Assembly: GCF_006345805.1 (NCBI RefSeq)
Contig: NC_043000.1
Coordinates: 90,272,001-90,336,000, forward strand
Direction: 5' to 3'
DNA from: Octopus sinensis
Taxonomy: Eukaryota
Length of the DNA stretch: 64,000 nucleotides
Under the pieces are notes generated by a model. The model was not told where the DNA came from. It did not search any database and saw only the letters and a list, made by a program, of their open reading frames with translations. Below, piece by piece: positions 38,530-51,871 of the stretch (its first letter is position 1; each line of letters opens with the position of its first letter). The position numbers and the translations under genes were made by a program.

Positions 38530-41500
38530 CACACACACACATGTGTGTGTGTAATACTAAAAGAGATACCCAGCATTGCCCATGTCACATGGAATTGAAG
38601 AATTAGACTTTTCTTTTATATCTTCTCTAATGAACTGGAATACCTATGATTCGAATTTCATTAAAATTGGAGATTAAGAATTTTAATGACCGTTCTTTTC
38701 CACTTTACACACCCTAACAAAAATTCTAATCATGACATTTATCCCTTACTACTCATCTTTATGCCCAGATTCCAAAATCCAAATCTTATAAAACCTATTC
38801 AGGGGTTTTTGCTCCTGGAAAATGGAGCACTAAAGCGAGGGAGTTAAGGCCCCTATTAGAGGTGGAGTCTTAAAGTCAACTAGAGAAGTTGAATTGTTGG
38901 GAATCTTTTTTAACTTGTGTCTTATATATATTATTCAAATTTCTTTGAAATTGGAAATATATGAATGTTCACTGGGTTTCTAAAAGAGAGCAAAGCTACA
39001 GGAAACCAAAAGATGAATGATCACAATAAGCAGTCAGCTACCCTACCCTAGTCGTTACCATGCTCCAATGTAGGATTCCTCACCATACAGGTATCGATTG
39101 GAAAGGTGTGAATCATTTCACATAAACATTAACAACTGTGTGACGTGAGGGCTAAGTGGAAATGAAAGTGTCACCTCTGGAGTTTGCCAGTGATCACTAT
39201 GCTGATAGGTAACTGAACAGAATAAATTTACAATCTATAAATCTCTTTGAATGACCAATCACTCATTTGGAAAGGCCTTGAAATCAATGTTACCATCTGG
39301 GGTAACATTGATTTACTATCACTGGGTTACCCCAGTGATAGTAAAAAGACTCAAAGGAAGTGCGCAACCAAATAACTTCACTCAAAATAACACTTTGCAA
39401 CTGAACCAGTGGAGGCAGAGATACTGCACCTTTACTTGACAATTTATGCACCACATTGCAGAAATCACAATTTAAGTATATCTCAAAGCAAACTCTTACA
39501 CTGTTGTACCATTGAATTACGAATAATGCCCATCTTGTAATGCTCAGGTAACTCTACAGCTTCAAAGACTACAGTTGTATTCGTCTTGGCTTAGGAAAAA
39601 TGACTAAATTGTGGGGACTAAGCCCCCATTAAGGGGTCTTACTAACTCCTAAGAAGTTGAAATTTTAGGAATGTTACTTCATTTGTGTCTAATATCTATA
39701 GTTAAAATTTCATCAACAGCAAAAATATATGAATTTTCATGGGAGGTTCTGCCCACTTTAAGCCACCTCCAATTCAAACCAAACATACTGCATTATAGTT
39801 ATGTTTTTATGTGCCACCTGCACAGGAGCCAGTCCAGTGGCACTGGTAACGACCTCGCTCGAATGTTTTTTTATGTGCCACCAGCACAAGTGCCAGTAAG
39901 GTGATACAGGTAATAATTATGTTTGAATGGTGCTTTTTACATGTCACTGGCACGGAAGCCAGTTTGTTGCTCTGGCAACGATCATGCTCGGATGGTGCTC
40001 TTAGCGCTCCACTAGCACGGATGCCAGTCATCGATTTTGATTTTGATTTCACTTGCCTCAGCTGGTCTTCGCAAGCAGAGTTTAGTGTCCAGTGAAGGAA
40101 AGGTATGCATAAGTAGGCTGGTTACACCCCTGGCATAGGCTACAAGGTTATGGTCTCACTTGGCTTGCCGAGTCTTCTCAAGGACAGCATATTTCCAAAG
40201 ATCCTGGTCAGTAGTCATTGCTTCGGTGAGGCCTAATGTTCGGAGGTCATGCTTTATCACCTCATCCCAGGTTTTCCTGGGTCTACCTCTTCTACAGGTT
40301 CCCTCAACTGTTAGGGTGTGGCACTTTTTCACACAGCTATCCACATCCATTCTTGTCACATGGCCATCCCAGCACAGTTGTCTCTCTTGCACACCATATC
40401 TAATGCTTCTTAGGTCCAACTTTTCTCTCAAGGTACTTACACTCTGTTGAGTATGCACACTGACATTACACATCCATCGGAGCATACTGGCTTCATTCCT
40501 TGCGAGCTTACGCATGTCCTCAGCAGTCACGGCCCATGTTTTACTGCCATTTACTGTGAAAATAATGTTAGAAAATTTAGAGAAATTTTCTACCAGTGGC
40601 CAGCATACTTAATAAAGTCAGTTGGCAACATATTTTTCATATAAAATAGTTTATGTATTTATACACAAAAGAGGTGACCTATAACAGGACACTTTACATG
40701 CTAAAGAGGGCAGTTAACGCCCAAACTATGAATAAGAGTAATTTCAAAGCGATTGAAAAATAAATATATTTCTATAGTACTCCTAGACTCTAGTTTAATA
40801 ATAAAAATCGGATAAAAGACATTTTCAAAATGCAGTACCATGCATAAAATTATCTATAAATATAACAATTAAATAGGTTTGTAAAATACAATAATATAAA
40901 ATAAAATAAAATAATAAAAGCTCAAACTTGAAAATAATATATATAACAGTCAAAGGCTTTCTTAAAGAATATGTCGAAATACATTCAATATCGTTGCGAT
41001 GCAAAACAACCATACACTTCAAAGCACGAATTCAACAGTGGTATTGGAAACCAGTTCAAGATTCAGAAAATACATACTATCCATATGGTATTTTGTCAGC
41101 CGACATTTTAAATTTTGTTGCATGCCTGCAGGAGTTTAAGAGTTCGCATCTTTGATTCAAATCGCTATTGTCCTGGAATAAAATAAAGAATTTTTCTAAA
41201 AGGCATAAATCACATTTGATGGGTCTTTTATGAGTGCCATGTCTGTAAGCTGATGCTTTATCTAAAATTTTCCATGTCACATTGAAAGGATGGGTTTCAT
41301 TTTCTTTCAATTCCCTGACATGTTTTGCCAGACTGGTCTTTGTCCTACTTTCAGAGTACTGGAAGAAATTTCTATGGGAATAAAATTTTGTCTTGAAAGA
41401 ATTTTCTGAAGCCCCCGTGTATGTTTAATATTCATATGAACCTTCTGTTTGTACTTTGGCCCTATACACAATCCCTTTCTCCAGACAGTTTCCTTCCAAG

Positions 41501-44500
41501 GACAGGAGGTCTCATCTTTGCAATTGCAATTCTTTGGATTAGAATCGGCACTGGTTATTTGTAATTATTCTAGTGTTGTGTTGGCTAATGAAAGAGGCAA
41601 AGTTTTTACCACAAGAATAGTTAATCTTCAGCATTCTTCTATTAAATATTCTGTAAAACTTATAATTAGGTTGAAAATGCTTAGAGACTAAATTTAATAA
41701 TTCCCTGCCTATATTAGTTTTTACAGCCATATTAAAAGCTGGGTTGAACCACAAAACCCTCCTAGTTCTAGTTCTATGTGTGTTATTACTGCTAGCATTA
41801 ACTTGGTTATACTGAATCTTCTCAGAGAATCCACTATTCCTTAATGCGTTATTGTAATAGGGTGCAGCATTTTGATTTGCTGTCTCATCCAAAGAAATTG
41901 ACAATATTCATCTACCTACATTACTGACTAGGTTCCTAAGAATAACCGGTGGATGATTGGATTCTTTGCTAATATAAGATAGCTTTTCATTAGGTTTGCG
42001 GTAAGATTTGAATTAATCTAACTGTAAATCTAAATTTATATCTAAGAAATCTACACCTTTAAGAATTACTATCTATCATAATCCGTAAGCCCATCCTTTG
42101 GAAGAAAGCAATTAGATCCTTCCTAATCTTATCTAATTTGTGGCTGTTTAAATTTTGGGTGACTATAAGGCCATCATCCCTATATAATCCTGTGTCTATA
42201 AATGGGAATTTTAGATTTAGATTATGCTAAATATAAGCTCCTATGAGCACACATAACTTAGCCCCATCATATGCCCCTATCTGTACATCGAAAAAAGAAT
42301 CCTAACTCTTTTTGACTTGATTGTATATATACGTTGGGATCTAGATGATGATGATGATATGTATATATATATATATATATATATAAATATTTATATGTCT
42401 GTGTCCTTTTGTCTGTATTTGTCTTCTATCATCGCTTGACAACCAGTATTGATGTATTTATGTTACTGTAACTTTGTAGTTCAGTAAAAGATATCTATAG
42501 AATAAGTATGAAGCTTTAAAAAAAAGTCCTGTGGCCAATTTGTTTGGCTAAAACCCTTCAAAGCAGTGCTTCAGTATGGCTATGGTCAAATGACTGAAAC
42601 AAGTAAAAGATAAAAGACATATCTTTTGGAAATAAAAATTAAAAAATTTTTGATATTAAAAAAGAAAAAATTATTACAAAAGATCCTAATCTTAGCTTAT
42701 TAATGAAATATAGCTTTTGTTTATGAAAAAAATTGTATTTCTTTTGATAATTTATTATGTCTTTTTTTTCTTTTTTTATCCTTTTGGTGGATAATTGTTT
42801 TCTACTTCAGGTGCCAAACCATTTCATTGCTCTCAATGTGATAAAAAATTTCGTACGCCTGCACATCTCAAGAGTCATACTAACTCACACATTCGAGAAA
42901 AAGACAACACTTTGCCACGTAAACCACGACGAACTGTGCGCAAGTCTTTGAAATCAGACATTCCACTGCCAGATATCCCTCTACAGGAACCAATTCTAAT
43001 TACAGATACAGGTAAAAGGATTTATATTTTTTAGGTCTGAAATTACAGGTTTACCTTTTAAACAAAGACAAACACGTTAATACAAAATGTACTTGTAATA
43101 AAGAGTAAAAATATGGGGATTTGGTGGAGGTTGAACCAATATCAACTCGTATATCTCCTGCATTAACATCTTTTTTCAGTGGAATTTTGGTTTAAGCACC
43201 TTATATAACCCCCTCATAACTTTTTTATTTTTTGGAAATGTCAGAAAACGTTTTATGAATCTGTGTTCTACACACAAGAATTCATATGATTATGCAAAAA
43301 AAAAAAAAAATTTGTGTGTAATTTAAGGGCAGTTTAACTGTTATTTTTAGCATATCTCATGACCACTTGATACCTTCCTTGTTTGTTTGTCACTGTGACA
43401 TGTATTGATGTATTTCAATATTTTTCTCCCCATAAATACATTTAATGGAATGATGATGCACCTAAGGATGGTCCATTGTTGGGATTTAAGTTAGAAATTT
43501 GAACTGTCAGTATTTTAAACTCAGATTTTTAAAAGATTTTAGAAAAGAGGGGAACTTTTAGGATTTATGGGGATGGGAGGGAGGAATGGGCTTTAAAAAT
43601 TTATAAAAGACAACTTTTTTGCAGAATTGCACAAATTCCTGTGTAGAATATAAATTCACAAAAATTTTCTGAAAATTCCAAAAAATAAAAAAAGTTAATA
43701 GGGGTTATATTGGGGCTTAAAGCAGAATTCCACCCTTTTTTCTATATCACTGCCATCATTATCATCATCACAGTACCATTACTATAACTACCTTTGTTGT
43801 TATCAGCTTTGTCATGGTTGTTATTTTTATCAGTCACAATCAGATTTTGTGCTCTCATTTTTTAACCTCAAGTTAGTCCTATTTCAGTAGGCCTGTGATC
43901 AAAGTTGTTTCCACAGTTACCATTGTGTATCTAAGACTACATTATCCAATGTAAACTTCCATTTTTAAAATGTCAGTGTGGAATTTGTGGCTGCTATTTC
44001 TAGTAGGTTGTGCAGTAAGCTATTTCCAGTATTTAACTGTTATTTCCAATGTTTAGCTGCTATTTCCCGTAGGTCATGCTGTAGGCTTTTATTTCCAGTA
44101 TTTGGCTGCCACATTAAAAGCACCCACTGTAAAGTGGTTGGCATTAGGAAGGGCATCAAGCTGTAGAAACCAAGCCAAATCAGACTGGAACCTGGTGCAG
44201 CTCTCTGGTCAAACTATCTAAGCATGGAAAACGGATGTTAAGTGATGATGATGATGGTGGTGATGATGGTGATGGCGGCTGCTGCTGCTGCTGCTACAAT
44301 TACCTGTTGGTTGTCCAGCCATGCAAACCACCTTCTATTTTATTGACCTGTCATCAGTATCATTGTCATCACTGCACTCAATACATTTATTGCTACCATT
44401 TAGACATTGTTATTCGTTATCTTTGCTATTATTGCCACTGTTGTCATTGTTGTCATTGTTACTTTGATTGATTGTGGCAAGAATGTCATTGCCATCAACA

Positions 44501-47500
44501 ACATCCAAATCAGTATCATATAATGGCAATTATGTGTTATCATCAGAAAATATTAGTTTGAAGTAAAAGACAAAAACCATTATCAAAGTCCTTGTTGTGA
44601 TTGTCAACGTCACCAGCACCAGCACCCTTGTCATCACCACCACTGTCATCACCACCACTGTCATCACCACCACCATCACCACCACCATTACCACCATCCT
44701 TGCCATCACTATCAGCACTGCCACCACCACCACCACCACTGCACCGTCACCACCACCACCACTGCTGCCCCCACCACCACCAACACTGCCGATTTCATGA
44801 GTTCATGTCATTTCTGATACCAACTACTTAGAAAGGTTTGCAGAGCAAGGGCAAGGAGAAGAGCAAGAAGAAAGGCAAGGAGAAGAGCAAGGAGAAGGGC
44901 AATTGTGTTTATCATAACATAAGCAACAGAAAACAGAAAAAAAACCAAAAAAAAACTGACCTGTATTTTTTGTTGTGATTTGTTATTTTTCTTTTATTCT
45001 TTTACTTGTTTCAGTCATTTGGCTGTGGCCATACTGAATCACTGCCTTAAAGGGCTTTTTAGTCAAAGAAATTGACGCCAGGATTTGTTCTTTGTAAGCC
45101 TGGTACTATCGGTCTCTTTTGCTGAACCACTAAGTAAACACACCAACATCGGTTGTCAAGCGACAATGGAGGGACAAACATAGACAAAAAGACACATACA
45201 CACATGAATACATACATATATCTATATGATAGGCTTCTTTCAGTTTCCATCTACCTAATCCACTCACAAGACTTTGGTCAGCCTGAGGCTATAGTAGAAG
45301 ACACTTGCCCAAGGAACCACATGGTGGGACTGAACTCAGAACCATGTGGTTGAGAAGCAAGCTTTTTACCACATGGCCATGCCTGCACCTATTTATGTAT
45401 TAAATATGAAGTGTAATGTCGATATTGTTTGTTCTTTGTCCAGGTCTCATCCAGCAGCCACCCAGAAGTAATATTTTTAACAACTACCTCACCGACATGA
45501 ACAGTTCCGACCGTCCATATAAGTGCACGTACTGTTCAAGGGGTTTCAAGAAATCGAGTCATCTCAAGCAACATGTCAGATCTCATACAGGTCAGTCTTC
45601 ACATTATTTCTTTTTTGTCATCGTCATCATCATCATCAGTAGCAGCAGCAACAACAGCAACGGCAGTAGCAGCAGTGTTTAACATTCAGTTTTCCATGCT
45701 TGCATGGGTCAGACAATTTGTTGAGGGTTGACTTTCTACAGCTGGATGATCATCATATCATCAACCCTCACCTTGTTTCCACGCCAAGTAATATTTCCCT
45801 ATGTCAAGACATGTTTTTCATCGTAAGAAACAGGAAGAGAGAGTGAGAGAAAGTTGTGCGAAAGAGTACATCAGGGGTCACCACCAACCCCTGCCGGAGT
45901 CTCATGGAGCTTTTAGTGTTTTCACTCAATAAACACACACAACACCCAGTCTGGGAATCGAAACCGCGATACTCCAACCGCGAGCTCGCTGTCCTATCCA
46001 CTGGTCCATTGCACCTCCACTGTGTCTCCTTTACTTTTAACTTTTGATTGTAGGATTGTGAGATCACTATAGAATCAAAGTAAACACTAACTGTTTAAAA
46101 GTAATGAATAATTATGTTCTACATTTTGAGTTCAAATTCTGATTGGGCATAACTTAAGCATTGATTTGTTTGAGGTCAATAAAAGTAAATACAATAGATA
46201 AACTTTGTCTGTGCAGTAAACAATACTTTTGCAGTAAAATGTACTCCTTCAGTAAACTATACTCTTTCAGTAAAGTATTGTTATTGTCACTTTTTTAAGG
46301 TTATCCTGATAGATTTTCTAACCCATGCCAGCATGGAAAATGGACGTTAAATGATGATAATGATGTTTCATATCTGAATATGTCTAATGTAAACAATGCG
46401 ATTGAAAATGGGAAAATATGTAGTGAGTGCATATGCATGTTTCAGGAGTTCTTGGTCCTTCTTCGTGGATAGTAAATGGGTTGGATGTGGTGCTGAAGAA
46501 AGAGAATATAGATATGCATCCATTACCTATTTTTCCATCTTCTATAGCATTGTTGCTTACATTGGACATACTTGGATATGAAACGTTGTAACAAATCAGT
46601 GCTGGCTATAATTTCTTTAGAAAACTTGTTGAGATAACCTTAAAAAGTGATTTAATAGCACTGCTAACCTGGCAGGACACAGTATTGACTTATAAAGTGT
46701 TTAATATACTTTGTAGTATATTATATTGGGTTGTCTGGAAAGTTCATGCTGATTTATAGTAGCTTACCTTTCGACTTATTTTAGAACATGGTCGAGTCCA
46801 TAAAATAGGATTTGACTACATCTCCTTTAGAGCACAGTTTAAGCTATCTTTTTGTGGAAGAAGGTTTATGTTTCTATAACCTGTGTTAATTCTGTAACCC
46901 TTTAAATTGGAAGGTAAGAAAGTTCATTTTCGGCACTTGATGCTTTGGAAACCAGGCAAAAATTGCTGCAGCTTGGCTGGGATGTGTTACCCCACCCTCC
47001 ATATTCACCAGATATTGCTCCTTTGGATTTCCACTTATTCAGGTCACTGCAGAATAGTCTTAATGGTAAAAATTTCAATTCCTTGGATGATGTAAAAAGA
47101 TACATTGATGAATTCTTTGCCATGAAACCACCTCAATTCTGGGAAGAGGGTATTTTCAAGTTAAAGGAAAGATGGAGACGCATCGTGCAACAAAATGATT
47201 CATATTTAGTTGATTAAAAATGTAATGGCAAGTATTTATTGACCTTTTTCTTTCCTTTAAAAATTGGCATGCACTTTCCGGACATGAATTATGGTATCCC
47301 TACAAGTAATTAATGTTTTTATTCAGTATTGTTATCATTCTGTGCTATTCAGGTGAAAAGCCATACCAGTGTAAGCAGTGTCATCGGTCGTTTGTGTCTA
47401 GTGGCGTTCTCAAGTCTCACACGCGAACTCACACGGGGATCAAGGCCTACAAGTGTCTAGTTTGTGAAAATAATTTTACCACCAGTGGCAGCCTGAAAAG

Positions 47501-50500
47501 ACATATGTCAACACACACTGAAATTAGGCCATTCATGTGTCCATATTGTCAGAAAACCTTTAAAACATCTGTTAATTGTAAGAAACACATGAAAACACAC
47601 AGGTGAAAAGAAATTTTGAAGTATTCTCTCTTACAATTCTCCTTTCATTTTATTTGTTTTATTTCATTTTATTTTCCAAAATTCTTTGATATCAAAACGT
47701 CTAAAAGCTTCTATTTTTTCCTCTTTTTAAACCTTGATAATTTGTCAGCTCTTATTGAGCAGATCGATGTTAAAAGGTATTCCAGCCAAGACCATCTTGT
47801 CATTTTTGTCCAGATGTAGTAGTATTCATTTTCAAGATGAAGGCAGGGTGTGTAATTTGAGGAGATTTGGTTGACATTTATAGTAATTCATGTGACTGTA
47901 GAAGCTCCCTCTGGTGACCAGGTGTTTGGTCTGCAATATAATTATTGTCAGGAAATTCTTATAATTCATTAAGATATCTAGATCTATGTATAATGATGGA
48001 CTGATGCAGGCTATCACTTATAATTAACCCATGTACGATCCAATTAGTTGCTTGATCAAAATAATTAGGCAATTTTTTATTGGAACAACATCCAGTTGCT
48101 CTTTCATGCTCATAAAAATAGTTAAATTCGGCACAAGGTCACAAAACATTTTTTAATACTACATCCTTCCTGTTCAGGTCTGTGGTAAACTATGTACGTT
48201 TGATATCTGTCTATACAAAGGTTGACTGGATGATTTAAAGCTTTGTAAAGTTGATGAGATATGAACTGCTGATTTCATGTTCAGTTGGCCAATATCATCA
48301 TCATCATCATCATTTGTTCATGCTGGTGGTTTGATGTGAACTTTCAAGCCACAAGACTGTCATGATTTCTGTGGCTGGGTACCCTTTCTGATGCCAACCA
48401 CTTTATAAAGTATGTTGGGTACTTTTTGCATGCCACCAGCACTAGTGGGAAGGCTCCTTAACTGAGTGTGTTTGTGGAGGGGGTGTAGTGTCGAGGCAGA
48501 TGGTTTTATGCCAAGTGTTGAGAACTGAAACTATGATAGAGAGACAGGAACAGGTGTTTTGCTGAAGAAGAGATAAGGTTTTTCCATCTGGAAAGAAAAA
48601 CGGAAAGAATTAGTGAGGGCATACCCTCAAGGTACAAGTGAGGGCAAACCTTCAAGGGTATACCCTCAATGTACAAAGTGAATATAAAAAAGAGAATAGG
48701 GATAGAGGATCAGAAAGGGTGGTGCATGTTTATATGTGTTACTTAAGCAATTTATTTAATTAAATCAACTAAGGTAAATAACCAACTCTTTCATTCATTG
48801 TATTTTTTAATTACGTAAATTGTCTTGGTTAATAATTATTTATAATTCTTTGTCTACATCTAAAAATCTTTGTCAGTATATTATGTATGCTTAAGTTAAC
48901 TATACTGTGCTGATAAGGTTTAGTAGATCAAAACATGTCCTTAGCTGGTGTCCTTTAGCTGCAAACAAAAGCATGTGAATTAACTTTAAAGAGATTAATT
49001 CTTGGGAAACTTGACTGGGGACTGTTGGTGCTGCCATCTACAGTTACTTTTGGAATAACAGAGTGAGGAAGAGAGGGAGAGAGTTTATTAAGAAATAGAA
49101 GAGAGGGTGAAGATTCCTTTTAAGGGGAGAAAACTACTTCAGGGTTTAAAATTTTCTATTGTTGTGAGAGGTCTTTTTCTTATAAGTGAGAAAGCACAAT
49201 AAATAATACTTCCATATAATCCATTTTTTCTTCTTTTTAAGTGTCCTAGTAGTTGTAGTTAGTGATATTTTGTCCTTCCTATGGGCTTCTTAGTACAACA
49301 TAACTTGGGAACATGAAATTAGTTGGTTTATGTTCATTTAAAACCTTTAGGAATCATTTACAGTCAATTTTCTTTTTTTTTGCCAACTTTCTTAACAGTG
49401 GAAAAAAAGAGTGAAGAGAAAGGGGCAGGGAAATGAAAGCTTCAGAGTTAAAATTAATCCTTAATTTCTTGAAATTACCCCCCCCCCCCGCGCTTTTCTC
49501 AGAGATTTGCAACTAGCTTTTTGATTTTATCTAGCTGATAAATTCTTTTGCACACAGCATTTTCCCCTGTAACTTATTACATCACTATTCAACTTGTTTA
49601 TATATTTGTTTGTTCCTGTCAGACATGAACTCGCTATGCAGGCGCTGCAGCAGAATCAGACACTTCAACCCCACCAAGTAGAAAACCATGTGATTGAAAA
49701 TGCCGAACCTGAGGACAAGACTGATAATACATTAGTGACAAGTCAACCAGATGACAGTTCTATAACTGTTACACAACCAGCAACATTGACTACTGCTGCG
49801 ACACTTCAGAATGGAACTGTCAGCTCTAGCCTTAGTGATATTAACCAAAACGATCTGACTGCAACTAATGCAGCTGTTTTATCTCAAACAACTATTTCAG
49901 AAGCCTTATTAGAACAGGTAAAGCAATCTTCTTTCAACACGAAAAAAAAAAAAAAAAAAATTGTGAAATATTCTTCATTTTCAATATCATATTCCCTCTT
50001 TTACATTTTCTTATCTATATATTATATACATCATGTTATATAGCCAGTACAAAGCACTTCATGATTGGTTACAATTTAATTTCAATCTAATTTATACCAT
50101 TTCTAATGAGAATCCTCATCATCATTTAATGTCTATTTTCCATGCTGGTAAGAGTTGGATGCCTTGACCAGCGCTGGTAAGGCCAGGGGCTTCACCAGGC
50201 ACCATTGTCTGCTCTGATATGGTCTCTACAGCTGGATGCCCTTCCTAATGTCAATCACTTCACAGAGTTTACTGGATGGTACCATCATTTTCATGTGGTA
50301 GCATCACCTGTGCTTTTTATGTGGCACTTGCACTGGTATCAATTCTGCTGTGGTGGACAGGTCTTCTTGAGTACAGCAATGTGCCAGATATCTTGGTTCT
50401 CAGACATATCTTTTATAAGGCTTAGTGTCTTGAGATTGGCCTTTGTCCCATGTCATCCTGGGTCTACCTCTTCCATATCATAATATATTTATCACAAGCA

Positions 50501-51801
50501 TAGCTGTATCGGGTTCAGTCTCATTGCACACCACCTTAGACAAGTGTCTTCTACTGTAGTCCCAGGCTGACCAATGCCTTGTGAGTGGATTTGGTAGACA
50601 GAAACTGTGTGGAGGCCTGTCGTAAAATGTTAAACGCACATCCGACCATGATCATTGCCAGGGCCACAGATTGGCTCCCGTGCCGGTGATACGTGAAAAA
50701 CAACATTTGAGCGTGGTCGTTACCACTACTGCCAGACTGGCTCCTGTGCAGGTAGCATGTAAAACTACCTTTTGAGTGTGGTTGTTGCGAGAACCGCCTG
50801 ACTGGCCCTCGTGCCAGTGGCACGTAAAAAGCACCAACTACACTCTTAGAGTGATTGGCGTTAGGAAGGGCATCCAGCTGTTGAAACTTTGCCAGATCAA
50901 ATTGAGCCTGGTGCAGCTTCTGGCTCACCAGTCCTCAGTCAAACCATTCAACCCATGCCAGCATGGAAAGCAGATGTTAAATGATGATGATAATGATGTA
51001 TGTGTGTGTGCATGTCTTTGTGTTTGTGTCCCCTGCCACTGATTGATAACTGGTGTTTATTTATGTCCTTGTAACTTAGTGAATCAGCAAAAAAATCATC
51101 ATCATCTTCTTCATCATCATCACCATCATTTAACGTCCATTTACCATGCTGGCATGAATTGGATGGTTTGGCCAGAGCTGGTTAGCCAGAGAGCTGTTCT
51201 AGGTTTCAATTGTCAGTTTTGGCTTGGTTTCAACAGCTGGATGCTCTTCCTAATGCCAACCACTTTACAGAGTGTACTGAGTACTTTTTACATGGCACCA
51301 GCACAAACACATTTTATATGGCACCGCCACAGCTACTTTTTATGTGGCACAGACCCATCTGGTGAGTATTCCGAGAGAAAAATTACCAAATGTAGAAGAA
51401 AAAATAATTACTGGGGTCAATTTGTTTGACTAAAGATGTTGCCCTAGAATAGCTGCAGTCCAATGACTGAAAGAAGTAAAAGATAAGAGGAAGCATATAT
51501 TTTGTGAAGTCCCCCACATTTGCAAATGATTTTTATTGGTGTGTAGTTGTTTGAATGAACTGATTATCACAGGAACAAACACATGAAATGCCTTCTCTTT
51601 GAATATAAAATAAATGTTTATAGGCGCAGGAGTGGCTGTGTGGTAAGTAGCTTGCTTATCAATGACATGGTTCCGGGTTCAGTCCCACTGCATGGCACTT
51701 TGGGCAAGTGTCTTCTACTAATGCTTCAGGCTGACCAAAGCCTTGTGAGTGGATTTGGTAGACGGAAACTGAAAGAAGCCCGTCGTATATATATGTGTGT
51801 G

Positions 51802-51871
<70 letters not shown>

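Noticed and set aside
40640-40990. Hammerhead at the 3' end of the 40950-42330 Penelope-like element
   Set aside because: I found no CTGANGA...GAAA arrangement on the element strand.
45950-46022. tRNA gene (also SINE heads at 1701, 7855, 51623)
   Set aside because: A and B boxes are present but there is no complete cloverleaf, and each continues into a SINE body.
46214-46280. 18-bp CAGTAAA-core tandem (about 4 copies) as a regulatory array
   Set aside because: Short, degenerate and AT-rich; indistinguishable from ordinary slippage.
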